A stretch of DNA of 64,000 bases from Chrysomallon squamiferum (lineage: Eukaryota > Animalia > Mollusca). Each line of letters opens with the position of its first letter. The first letter of the stretch is position 1. The stretch spans positions 1,178,001-1,242,000 of the forward strand of contig CM022676.1 in assembly GCA_012295275.1 (NCBI GenBank), given 5' to 3'. Positions 51,506 through 64,000 of this stretch are shown here, piece after piece. The notes below the pieces were generated by a model, which had not been told where the DNA came from, made no database searches, and saw only the letters and a list, made by a program, of their open reading frames with translations. The translations under genes and the position numbers were made by a program.

Positions 51506-54397
51506 ACACAAATAATAAACATAAAAAATAAAACCTCTTACACACAGCACATATTTAAATAATGTACAGGGTTACAGGTGTTGTTTTAATTATTTATTTA
51601 TTTCCAAATTATTATCTTTAACAGCAATATCAAATCACAGTAATCAAACAGTGCATGACTCTCTGCAAATTGGATTTTACTCCAACAAGCCAGTGTCAGC
51701 CTGTACAGAGTTCAGAAATAACAATATCATAATGGATTCAATCAGAACACATCTCTTTTACTGCAGTTATTAATTACAAATAAAGCTGTCATCGAAAAAT
51801 AAACTTAAGGGATAAAAGGAACATAATGGACCAAAGCCAATGATAAATAATTAGCTTTCACAGAAGTACACAAAAAAAATAAAAAAATAAAAAAATTTCA
51901 AAGCAATTAGATTTGATAAAAAAAAAATAAAAAAAAGAAAGAAATTATATTTCTATAAAATGAATTACAAAGCATTTTTTAATCTGAAGGATCAAATAAT
52001 ACCAGTATGTAATAACTATATATATATATATAATATTACACACACTCATATGAAAATGATGCCAACTTTAAAATTTATGTTTTCTAGGAAATACATATTC
52101 TCAAAATATATAAATTTTACATATAAAAAAATGTATTTAAAGTCTCAATGAATAAACACCCATGTTAGAACAAAATAATTTCAGTTAAGAAAGATTTCAT
52201 ATTTTATATTATTCATATTATAAATATATATATTTGTTTTCATTTTAATCTTAATTTTTTAACATACACACACACACACACTATATATATATATAAACGA
52301 AATTTGAATTTAGCTTATATATCTTAAAATGGTTTTACATATGGTTCTAATTATTTAACAAAATACACTGTTCTTGTAAAATGTTTTCAGACTTATATTA
52401 CACAACATGGTATCATGCACAGCTGGCACACATTTACATATTCTTAAGTAATCTACCAGTTGTTGTACTGAAGTGTGTTAACAACATCAAAACATTAAAT
52501 ATATAAAACATACAAGAACTAATTAAAACATTCTAGGAATCTCATTGAGTCAGAAGTACTATCTGTATAAATTAAACTATACAAACTTAGAGAAAATGCA
52601 CACTAAAAATATTTCACAACATATCCATCACCTGATTTTTTCCCCAGACAAAGTTTCTTCAAAAACAGAATATACTTTCAAATCACAGACCACAAATTTG
52701 TGTATTCCATTCTGTCTGTAAAAACCTTTTGAAACTATTTACAACAAATCCCTCTTTACAACAGGGTCAAGAAAACTTCAGAGATTTTGGTAAAAGTCCA
52801 AATGACTTGCAGATAGCACTGAGCTGGTTCCATTATTCACAGCACAGCATCAGTGAGGTCAGGCCTGCACATGTGGAACAGTCCAGAGCTCACATAAAGG
52901 ATGGGTGAATCTAACAGGAGAATATCAGGTTTCTCATTTCACCTGAGCTCCACACAAAACAGAAAGCAGTTCCTCCCACATTTTTTAATTATAGCACACC
53001 ACATAGACAAAAGACAGTGACGTCATAGGTCAAGTACATAATACACTGAACATGTGCTAACAGTATTTAATTGAATTCAAATTGAAATATACCAGATACA
53101 TTTTAAGACAGTTTCTTTGGGAGGCTCTAGGTTATCTGTAACACCAGAGTCTCTTGGGAGTTTTAGACTTTCTTAAAATAAATGGTGTGATTATTTACTG
53201 TGATAACTGGAATCTGTTAAAAGTCAATGTTAACTGGATATATTTTAAACAATTAGACTAGAGACATGCATGCATGTATGTGTGCATGAATCTATGCCTA
53301 TAATGTGTGTATGTGTGTGTGTATGTGCGAGTGTGAATACTAGCATGAGTTGTAGTGGGTTGCCATATATTCATGTATATACCAACATATTTTACATTAT
53401 TACGTGTTATTTAAATGTAGATGTGTACCTGAGAACCCACTCAGATTAGATTCTATGAAAAAAATAACTAGGGATTTAGAAAAAACAAATTATAAATCAC
53501 CTTAATAATAATATGAAGAAAAAATGAACAAGATTTTTTAAGCAGCTTCTTCAACACACATATCACCTTTCATTTTTATTTTTTTATTTACTGAATAAGA
53601 AACTATAAAAAAATATTCAAAGAAAAACACACCAATTCATCACATATTTTATGTATAATTATTAATTAACCTTTTCACTAATTAGCAAAATTGGTCTAAT
53701 TATCTAATTATCTACAATTTTGAACTGCATTTTGAACAATACCATACATGTACTGTATATGTAGAATTAATCATACAACTATTACTGCAATTTGTGGTCT
53801 CTTAAGGTACCAAAGAAATAACTATCAAAAGATTATTACAAGGAAAAATTATATTATTAATTTGTGTTTTGTTTTTAGTGTTTCTTTTGAATTTTTGTAT
53901 TTGAATTTTTTTTTGATTATTGTTATTATTTATTGTTATGGTTTTGTTTTGTTCACTTTTGTTTGTTTTTCAGGCTTTTTTTTCTTACAACAAATGGCTA
54001 GAGTTATTATAATCTATAAATACATATTATTTATTTCTAACTGCCATTTGATAAATGGATATAATAATCATATCTGAAAGAAATTAGTCTTTGTTTTGTT
54101 TTCCAAAAAATAAATGGCAAAAAATTACACCTGGGATTGAGAATTCCAACAGAGCAGAGATTCAAAGTGACACCTGATTTCCATTTACTTCACAGAATTT
54201 AACATCTGGTCTATTACCAGATATTTCCCAATAGTATCAAAGATCAGAGTGAAAACTAAAGACCTTGTTAAGTTTGTAAAACAGTTTATCCATATTTACA
54301 CTGCTATAGTCTTGAAGAACGAAAAATAAATTTTAATGCAAAATACAAAACTGAATCTAGGGATGAAATTCTCTCTCTCTCTCTCTCTCTCTCCCTC

Positions 54398-54434
<37 letters not shown>

Positions 54435-55058
54435 CACTCATACACTAACACACAGCCACACATAAACACACACTCACATTATTACATTACTAAATATATG
54501 ACTGAAAACAAACATAAATGAGTACATGTATACATCAGCTGATTCTTTCCTAAGTAAATGCTTTCTGAACACTGTAAGAAAATACTGACCAAACTTCTGC
54601 TATTTAATTACATATGATGATCTGCATTCCTCCCATGAGACACATCAGTGAGAATACAAATCAAATAATGGCTTAGTGAAGACTCAACTCCATTTCTTTA
54701 TCACGTTCATTTAAAGAATATTTATTTTTATCACCAATCTTTTTAAATTATGGTAGACTGAAATAAAATGAGCTAGTAAAAATATTCTTCTGACACAGCA
54801 CATTAATTTAAAAACAGAAATATTTATTAATGCCATCTATGAGTTACAACTTACCAGTTTTTATTTATTTATTTATTTCTGCTTTCATTTGTCTTGGTTT
54901 TTTATGGGTTTATCCCAAAAACATTTTAGGACTGCAAAAAAAAAATGAAACCACTTTACATATAGTATTACTGAGTTATAATGAAAGTAAAAAACAAAAA
55001 CAAAAATTATATATATATACTGTATATCTAATTCATTTTGGGGGTTTTACTCTTTTTT

Positions 55059-55091
<33 letters not shown>

Positions 55092-55930
55092 TTTGTTTCC
55101 TCTGTGGCAAAACATCCTCTTCAAATTATTTATTTTTAATTGTACAATTTTATGTATTAAAATTTATTTTGTATAAAAACATATTTAAAAAAAAGAAAGA
55201 ATAAAAACTATCTTTTTCTTTGTTATGTGTTTTTACAGTTTTAAAAACCTATCCTTAAAAACTTTTTTCGTTGTGGTTTTTACTTTAAAATAAAAAGTTG
55301 GAGAAAAGTAAATAAAAGATTTGACTGAGATTGGAACCAATCTTGTGGTGATAAATGTGATACCTCTGAGGAGTTTGAATCTCCCTCTACATCTTCAAGT
55401 GTTGACATAACTCATTAGTCCCACAATTACATCAACTCACAGTGGTGTTTGAAAACAAACTTTGAAAGTAACATTAGTCAACACAAATTACCTGTTGGGT
55501 TTGGGATACTGCTAGTCAAGACAAGAGGTCCTGATAAGCAAATCCCAAGAATGAGACATGAAAGCTTGATAAGATAGAGAACAAGTCCCAAGGCAGTTAG
55601 TGTTATCACTCCTGCCAATTAACAAATGTAATTGTGTCATTTGGAAATTAAATTAGTGCTATCTAGGGGACTAGCTTTGTACTGGTTATTGTGTGATTGA
55701 CCCTCGGGTAATGCCAAATGACAACAGATATGAATACCAATGATAAAACTTGAAACAAGACCTGGTGACTCAAGAGTTGTCATGATTTACACAAGAATTC
55801 ACTAAGATTTATCCCTTCTGGCTAACTGCATAAACAATGACAGATCTACCAACATGCTTGTTTAACATAATGAAATCAGGTTTTCCTTTTCTTCTTTTTT
55901 AAACAAAATAAATTTCAAAAAATAATAATA

Positions 55931-55971
<41 letters not shown>

Positions 55972-55995
55972 TTAATAATAACAGAAAAAATAATA

Positions 55996-56030
<35 letters not shown>

Positions 56031-56574
56031 CACAAGAACAATAACACAAAAAGATACACTTTCTGCATGAAGCTGTACACACTGTAGCTAGACTTCAAAA
56101 ATTATCTCCACACAACTGTTCAAGGTATGAAATATGACTACCAACCAGACTGGGCTAATTATTGTCAAAGATTTATTGGACAGGTCGAGCCATTTGCTCC
56201 ACTGACAGCATCTCATAAAGATGTCCATTCCATATAGCCCATTACATGCCTCAATTGGTAGCTTTGCTTGGTCAGCTTGGTCAGCATGGTCACTGCTTGA
56301 GCCACAGCATAAACAATTCTATTTTCAGTAACAGTAACTTGCTATTTCCATACTAAAAATTCTGGTACCAAGATCACATTGAATTAAAGTTCACTGCAAG
56401 TAATCACTTTTTTCCTTTCTTACTAGTATATTTCATGTGAAATATTTGAATCTGAGGTTTATAAATAACAATGTACTTAATTATATTCTGACTCTCTCAT
56501 CATTTTTTTTTTTTTTTGTGTGTGTGTGTGCACTGATTTTTATAACTGGTGCTTATATATGTTGTCACACACTC

Positions 56575-56608
<34 letters not shown>

Positions 56609-57102
56609 TTGTCCCTGCACTTACAGACAGCAATAGAAAACAGGTGTAAATTACCAGCACATACTCAACAGTTTGACCATTGCAGCCACTCAGGCTACTA
56701 CTTCATCTTATGTGGCACACACAAATGCACTAAACCATTAGCTTTCCAAAAATCGTTTACTCCAAGCGGACTGATGTGAATGAAAATAGGTCTGAGGGGA
56801 ATGAAACCAATTAAAAAAATATCTCAGCATTCCTCACCAACTGAGGCATCTGTCTAACAACTTCCTGTTCAGACCTTCCAGACCCCATTAAAGTATGTAA
56901 CATATAAATTGTATATGGTTACAAGGCATGAGCATGAAGCTTGGCCACAAATGATACATATGGCACCTGTTCTTTTTAGTCAAAGAGAATTGGTAACATT
57001 GCAAAAAGAAATAATATTAGTTTTAGAATAAATCTAAAATAATGGGCACCATCATAAAAAAAATAAAAAAAAAAAAATTAATAATAATAAAATTCAAAAA
57101 TA

Positions 57103-57138
<36 letters not shown>

Positions 57139-59884
57139 AAATAAAATATTCAAAAATTATAATATTAAAAATAGATACTAAATGTGATTATAAATCAAAA
57201 GAAAATTAAAATAATAACTGTTTAAAACCTATTTTGATTTAGTAATATTAATAACTTATTACAAATGATACTGTACATTAATTCTTATATAAAATAACAA
57301 ACTACACTCTGTTATGTATTCAGTTTTGTAAAGGCTTATTTAATCTGCAACATTGTAAATGCCAGATATTAATTCATTATACAGATAAGATCTTCCCAAC
57401 AAGTCACAGATGATTATATTGTAAATAAATCATGTACGACTCAATGTCTGATTACTACTTGCAAATCAAACAGCAGTATGGTTCCATTATACAAAAAGAT
57501 GTCTAGAAAAATCAACCATCAAACCTTCCAGAGAATATCTTTACAACTAATCATTTTACATAAAGCAAAATCAGTCACAGCCTCATAATCAAAAAGCTCC
57601 TGCAAATTAAGTCATATTTTCTCAAGATATGAGCACCAACTTTTATTTCCACATGGGTGATTTCAGTTCTGACTCCAAAGCCTTTTTGCTAAATTGCTTT
57701 TCTGAAACATACTGAAGGCAAAGTCAATTTCTTAATGCAAAACTATGGTTACAGGTTGACAAGATCTTCTCACTGAAAGGACAATCCAGCATAGTTCCTG
57801 TCTTGAAACATTTTGCTATCAGTGCCAGCTGACTGGACAGAAGCAAGAAGGTGCTTCATCCTTTGGCTGCACAGGGACACGAGATTGCCTAAATTAATCA
57901 CATTAACCATCCCAATTTAGAACACGACTTCATTCTATTAAAACTAGTAACTCTGTGAGCAATGAAATGCTTCGTGAAGCCATAACAGAAGTGTATGTTC
58001 TTCTAATCAGACTGGCAGAATTAGTTACCCTGTGTGATAAAAAATGTTCAACTTGTAAACATGACTTTGACTAAATTAATCTTATTAGAGTAGTAGAAAT
58101 ACGCTGGATTTCTTTATCTGCCAATATCAGATCATGAAATGATGAACCTCTAATCAATAAACTGTCTAAATACAGATGTACAGTTTAGCATTGTGAAATA
58201 ATGTCTCTGGTAAAGACATACATCACTTTGCTAAGATAACTTCAAAAGAATGCAGTAATTAATATTATTTTTTGTCTAGCAGTAATCAAAATAATTATTA
58301 ATTATAAGCATAAATAAAAACATTAGAACAGAATGTAATAGTTTTGAGATGTTTAGATTATTCAGTTAATGAATCAAAACAACATTTAGATTTTAAAATT
58401 ATACAAAAGTATGTGTTTTGTTCTAAATTATATAAATGCCAAGAAATGAAGAGAACATTTGTGTCTCTACAACAGCAAATATATTATTTTCTTTCATTTA
58501 TATTTAATGCTATTTTCCACTTGACACTAATCAGAACTGGAATCATGCCGTGACTTGTTGAGCTAAACATCAAAAGCACACTGTCTGAACTTGGTGAAAA
58601 TCTGACATAATGTGGCACAAGAGACTTTGTAATTCCTTCCATAGAAAGCAGAGTCAGTAATGACCTTATAAAACAAAGGTCTATTACGAAAATCAACTAT
58701 TTGGCTCACAAAAGGCATCAATGCATTACTGCATATCCACTTCACCAGGAAGGGACCTGTCTTTCTGACAAAACAATTCAAGAAATGGTAAACATGTTTT
58801 GTAATTCTATCAACAGATGCAGTTGCATGTTTTGTAAAGCCATTGAACTTTTGGAGTCTTCAAGAAATTGATGAATTGGTCATTTCATGCTTGACTGTCT
58901 GCTCAATAAGACCTTGTTAAGTCTAAACAAAGAAAATTTGTAATATGCAAATTGCATTTCTCCAAATTTGAGCATCACTGTACTTTCAGTGATTTACTAC
59001 ATAATATGTAAATAATGAACTCTCCAAGAGGATTTACTTTAAAACTAAATATTTATCAGTCAAATTAAATTAATGTAAAAATTTCTCTGGAAAATAAATC
59101 ATAAAATACTTTGGCAATTGTCAAAGTACAGAGCAATATTTATCAATGAACTGAAAATAAAACAAATAAAAACAAATAACTGATACAGAGCAAGGGTTTC
59201 TTTTCAAATATGAAGGGCAGAGATCCGTTTATTTATTTTATAACAATTTGTAATTAAGATTTTCTATGAATATAGTAAAAAAAAAAAAAAATAATAATAA
59301 TAAAAAAAATAATAATAATAATAATAATAAATAAACAAATAAATAAATAAACAAAACTTAAAGTTATTGGTTCAATGTTAATTTAATAGTGTTTATAATA
59401 ACCTATCACATTTTTATACTTACTCATTTTTAATTCTTACTAAATTAAAATTCAGGGTCTATTCTTTACTTATTAATCTGAATGGAAAAATGAAATTTCT
59501 GATTAAATTTAGTGTCATTTTTATTAAAAAAAAATTCTTCTGTTTTTTATTTATTTATATTTTTTTAATCCTACACTGAAAATATTGTTATCTCATGAAT
59601 TTACCAACTAGATTTATACCTCCAGCCACTGCACTGGTAATATATTACATTAGCCACAGCAAGACAGACATGAAGGGTAATAACATAAACGTCTTTATGT
59701 GCACTCACTATGGGGTATTAAACTCACTGGTTTGGAATGTAGGTAATACAATATGCAGATATTATTTTTTTATTTTTCTCTGCATAACGGGTAGGACTGT
59801 GTCTAATGAAGAACAAATATTGTAGTTTTTCCTGTACTGGACAGAGGTATAATTAAATTAGCCTGATACATAACTATTATATAT

Positions 59885-60043
59885 ACAGGTGTATGGGAAT
59901 TCTTTGGTAAAATTTGCCTGAAATTTTACACATTTTAAAAACACAATTACCAATTTCCTTTTGTTTCACCCACATTTTCCCCATTGTTTTTCCTTATTTT
60001 GGGGGACAGTTGCCCCCTCTGATTACCTGAGTCATACACCAAA
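59885..60043. mobile_element. Degenerate MITE-like element
   Basis: Terminal inverted match GGTGTATG (59888-95) / CATACACC (60033-40), with an internal GC hairpin GGGGGACAGTTGCCCCC near one end; about 155 bp, non-coding. Confidence 0.45.
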
Positions 60044-60651
60044 ACAGTTTGCTTATTATTCTTTCTGTTTTTCTTTTGTGGTCTTTTATTTTGTATAAAT
60101 AATTAAGCTACTGACAGTTACAATATTTAAACTACTGTACCAACTTGTTTTTAACATATTATAGAGCTGAATGGCTGTAGGCTATGCTACTGTCATTAGT
60201 ACTAATAATGGTCACATTCTTAAGGAGACCAGTGGTCATGATAGTTGATGGAAGAACTCTGACACATGATACCTCACTAAATGTTAATTCATCTAACTGT
60301 GTGGCGTGTCAGGGTAATGACTAGTTGAATCACAGATCTATCCTGATAACAAAGTAATCATTGTTATCTGACACTGCTCTCTGGCAAGAAACAAACTCAG
60401 CAACTATAATTTATCTACTAAAACTTTAGAATATATGTTAAAAGAAAGTGAAAACAAAAAGAAGGGAAAAGGAGAGAGAAAAAGAAGTGAAAGAGAGAAG
60501 AAAAAAGGTATAAAAACAACTTGCATTAAAACAATAAAAAATTGCCCTAAAATATATATGTCTGTGTATGTTTATGTTTGTGGATTTTAGTGATTGTTTA
60601 TATGTGAGTGTGGGTCAGTGGGTGTGTTTCTACAGAAAGAGAGCTTGAGAG

Positions 60652-60721
<70 letters not shown>

Positions 60722-61199
60722 TAAACAAAGAAAGAAAGAAGTGCTGGATCAAGATACAGAATCATTTTATAAACACATGATTCATATAACTGTGGTCAGG
60801 AACAGTCCACAGACTTACATATATGAAGGACACTCTTATAGTCTGACCAGCTAACATTATTGTGTTATTAGCTGCTGACAAAATAATGCTTTCTATATAT
60901 CTGTCTTTTATTATCAGACAACATAAATGCCAACAAGATTTTTAATGATGAACAGCTAGAACAGCACATAAATTTAGTTAGTGATTATCTTGTTGGAATA
61001 TATCCAGAAAAAGCACCAACAGAACAGAATCTTTTAATAATATTATTATATAATGTTTATTTTGTATTACTGTAAATACAAGTTTCATGCACATTTAACT
61101 AAGTGGTTGCACAGAATGATGTTTTTTGTATATTTTGTTTTGATATGTAGTTTTCTATAAAGTAAATGTACATATTCATCTGCTCACAGATTTCAGCTT

Positions 61200-61230
<31 letters not shown>

Positions 61231-64000
61231 TAAATAGATTTTAAACACACGCACACCTTGGTGATACAGAAAAAGAAAAGAAAAAGTTACATGTTAAAGA
61301 TATCTTAGAGTCATTATATTTAACTATTGCAGACACATAGATACAATTTGATAATTTTTTTTTTTTTCAAGAATCTCTGTGTTATCAGCACACTCCACAA
61401 ACAAGAGGCCCTACAGGTAAAGATAAACCAGCACCTCTAAGGCAATTCCTAACATTCTATCAGGAAGAGAAACCTCTAAAATAACAAGACTTCTTCATAT
61501 CTCCATGTGGATCATATTTTAATCTTTATCTCTAGAAATTATAATAATATTTTCCATTGAATTTGTTCTTTAACATGAAGGAGGAGTGGTTCATATCATT
61601 AAGTGAATTTCAGATACAGTTACTTAACGAATACTGTAGTTTGATGAAAGGTGTAAATAAACATATTTGTTTCTTTCTAAGTAGAAATTTATATATGTGT
61701 TTTTGTATGTATGTGTATGAATGTGTAATTGTATGTTTGTCTGTAGTTGTACATGCATGTGCGTGTACGAGTGTGATGTATATGCAAGTTTTATTAGGGT
61801 CTGTAGGGTGGCTGGATATATTTATTAACAGGTCTGTTTAGATAATGTCTCTGCATGTTTAGTGCTTGCAAGGGTGGATAAAGGTGGATTTGTGTTTTGT
61901 ACGTTGAGTGACTCAGTATATTTATGGGAATTGGTAAATATGTCTGTGTGACACAACTATTCATAGATATCATGTACTGTATCTTTAATACTATCAGTTT
62001 GATTTATGCTAAATCTAACCTAACAGGAAATAATCTCCCTCTCAGAGCTGTACTCTTTCCTGTTATTTTACAATATTAAAGTATTCAGCAATAAGTAACT
62101 ATATAGGTTTAAAAGATAAATGGTTTTTATTAACATTAAGCTGTCCTAACGGATCACTGCTTTAGCCACTAATTTTTCATGATTTTAGTATTCTGTATTA
62201 TCAGTTATTAGAGACTTTATTATCTAACTATAGATTTGTCCATGGTTTTGTGTGTGTGTGTGTGTGTGTTTGTTTGTGTGTTTTGTGTGTGTGTGTGACA
62301 GAGTAAATGAGTGAAAGAAAATGTATCATTTTTTGAATATATATACAAAATGTATGTATGTATGTATGTATGTTTCTAGCTATACATACACATACACAGA
62401 TAGAGAGAGCAAACAATATTAGATATATAGATAGATATGTACATACTTACATACATCCATACATACATTTGTAGATATCTGAAAAATGAAATAACGTTTC
62501 TTTTAGATTCCAATTTAAATTATTTCTAATTATTTTCAATATAGAAAAACCCCAGAAGGAAACAATAAAAAGAAAATATATCCATATACTAAAAGATATC
62601 AAGTATGAAATCAACATATAGTATCTGTTAACCCAGTTTTTCTACCAACACATCTCAGAACTAATATTATAGTTGTTACCAATGAACCTCCTAGACATCT
62701 GTCATCTACCTATCAGTAAAAATCAATGATGTGATTTTCTTAACAGATTCATCTGAGACCGATTTCCTTACTTACAGGTAATGCAGTACAATAATTGAAT
62801 TTATAAAAATAATGAAAAATATAAAAGAAAAGAAATTTTAAGTTTCACAAGAGAGTAATTATCATAACTGAATGAAACAGAGAAATTACTTTTATTATTT
62901 TCTTATTTAATATTAATTTTCCTTTCTGCTTTTCAGTTTGTTTTTTCTTAATCAACTAAATACAAAGAAAAAATATGAAAAATAAACAAAACAAAATTGT
63001 ATTTTAATGTATTACTAACATTATATTATCTTCATTTTTATTTTTTAAAATTCTGTTGTTTGTTTTTTATTGTTGTTTTTTTGTTTTTTATCTTTTCTAA
63101 ATTAAAATATTTCTTTTATTATAATTGTTCATTTTTCACTTCTGTATTTACATCTATTAATAACACTATTTTCTTGCATTTCTAAATCTCTAAATTTATT
63201 CTTACATAATTGCTGAGCAAACCAAAGTTCAGTAATTTCTGCTGATAACAATATACTATCCCAATATAGGTAAGATTATAGAGCAATTAGTAAATAAATC
63301 TCATATTAAACTAATTGACAAATGAGATGATTAATATGAATTAGAATCTGATGGATGGTCATGAAATGACAAGATAACACCCACACAGACACACAGGCAG
63401 CCTGTCACTATAAATCAAGAGAAAAACACTTACAATCACACTAAACATCCAAACAATTCTGCAATTAATTCTCACAGATAATGACTCAATTACTGACACT
63501 TGTTTGCTCTCTCTAATAGTATTTACCCAAATAACTGTCGAGCTTTCATTAACAAGAAAAACCTTTTTGAACAATCACCAGTCAGTAAGTTGTACATATT
63601 TTCCATTTCACATGAAATAAAATAAATTGGAACCAAACTACAATGCAAGATATTTCATTCTGTTTATCAGGAAGGGCTATGCATTTTTTACAACATTCTG
63701 ACCATAAATGTCAGATATGCTGTTTACAGAATGAAAAGTCAAATTAGACTTTGTAAATCTCAACTGGTAAACAACTTTTATCATTGTGCTCAAAACTTTT
63801 GATAATAATAGAGTTGTATTCCTAAAAAGGATCAGTATCACAAACAAGAGGATATGTTCATCGGTCAGATATTTTTCATTTCCTTTTTCAGCAAATGTCC
63901 TTGTATAACAAAGTAAATATAAAGTTTTTTTTTAAGATCTTGATGTATCATGAAGAAAATTTTGAATTAAGATTCATATAATATTTTGACATATTTTTAC

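Noticed and set aside
55320-55392. tRNA-like stretch (GACTGAGATTGG...GAGTTTGAATCTCCC)
   Set aside because: No complete cloverleaf or intact TTC T-loop; at most a decayed SINE or tRNA relic.
50475-63574. Short ORFs upstream of nephrin (for example 50475, 53748, 54830, 58484, 61557, 63359)
   Set aside because: Low-complexity F/I/L/Y-rich translations with no domain motifs and no consistent splice chain.

Overview
AT-rich, microsatellite-dense, intron-rich animal genomic DNA (invertebrate, probably a gastropod mollusc; the taxon is inferred, not shown). Most ORFs in the supplied track are microsatellite artefacts. Three spliced genes can be reconstructed by hand from GT-AG junctions and reading phase. 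(1) The 5' part of a minus-strand signal-peptide plus Ig-domain gene (2508 down to 429, running off the window). (2) A plus-strand class C GPCR with no Venus-flytrap domain, GPR156-like (12758-16060). (3) A complete minus-strand nephrin/Sns/SYG-2-type gene (48870-20940: signal peptide, 9 Ig, FN3, TM, tail ending EMRGYLV). The main finding is a set of frame-preserving phase-1 microexons in the nephrin introns that the ORF track misses. Six lie between Ig3 and Ig4 (30, 27, 9, 30, 30 and 30 nt), and three of these carry an N-glycosylation sequon at the same position. One more with a sequon lies in the FN3-TM stalk, and two lie in the cytoplasmic tail. Together they suggest combinatorial splicing of nephrin length, charge and glycosylation, including splice junctions that create a stop codon. 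Splicing is predicted from sequence only and needs RNA evidence.
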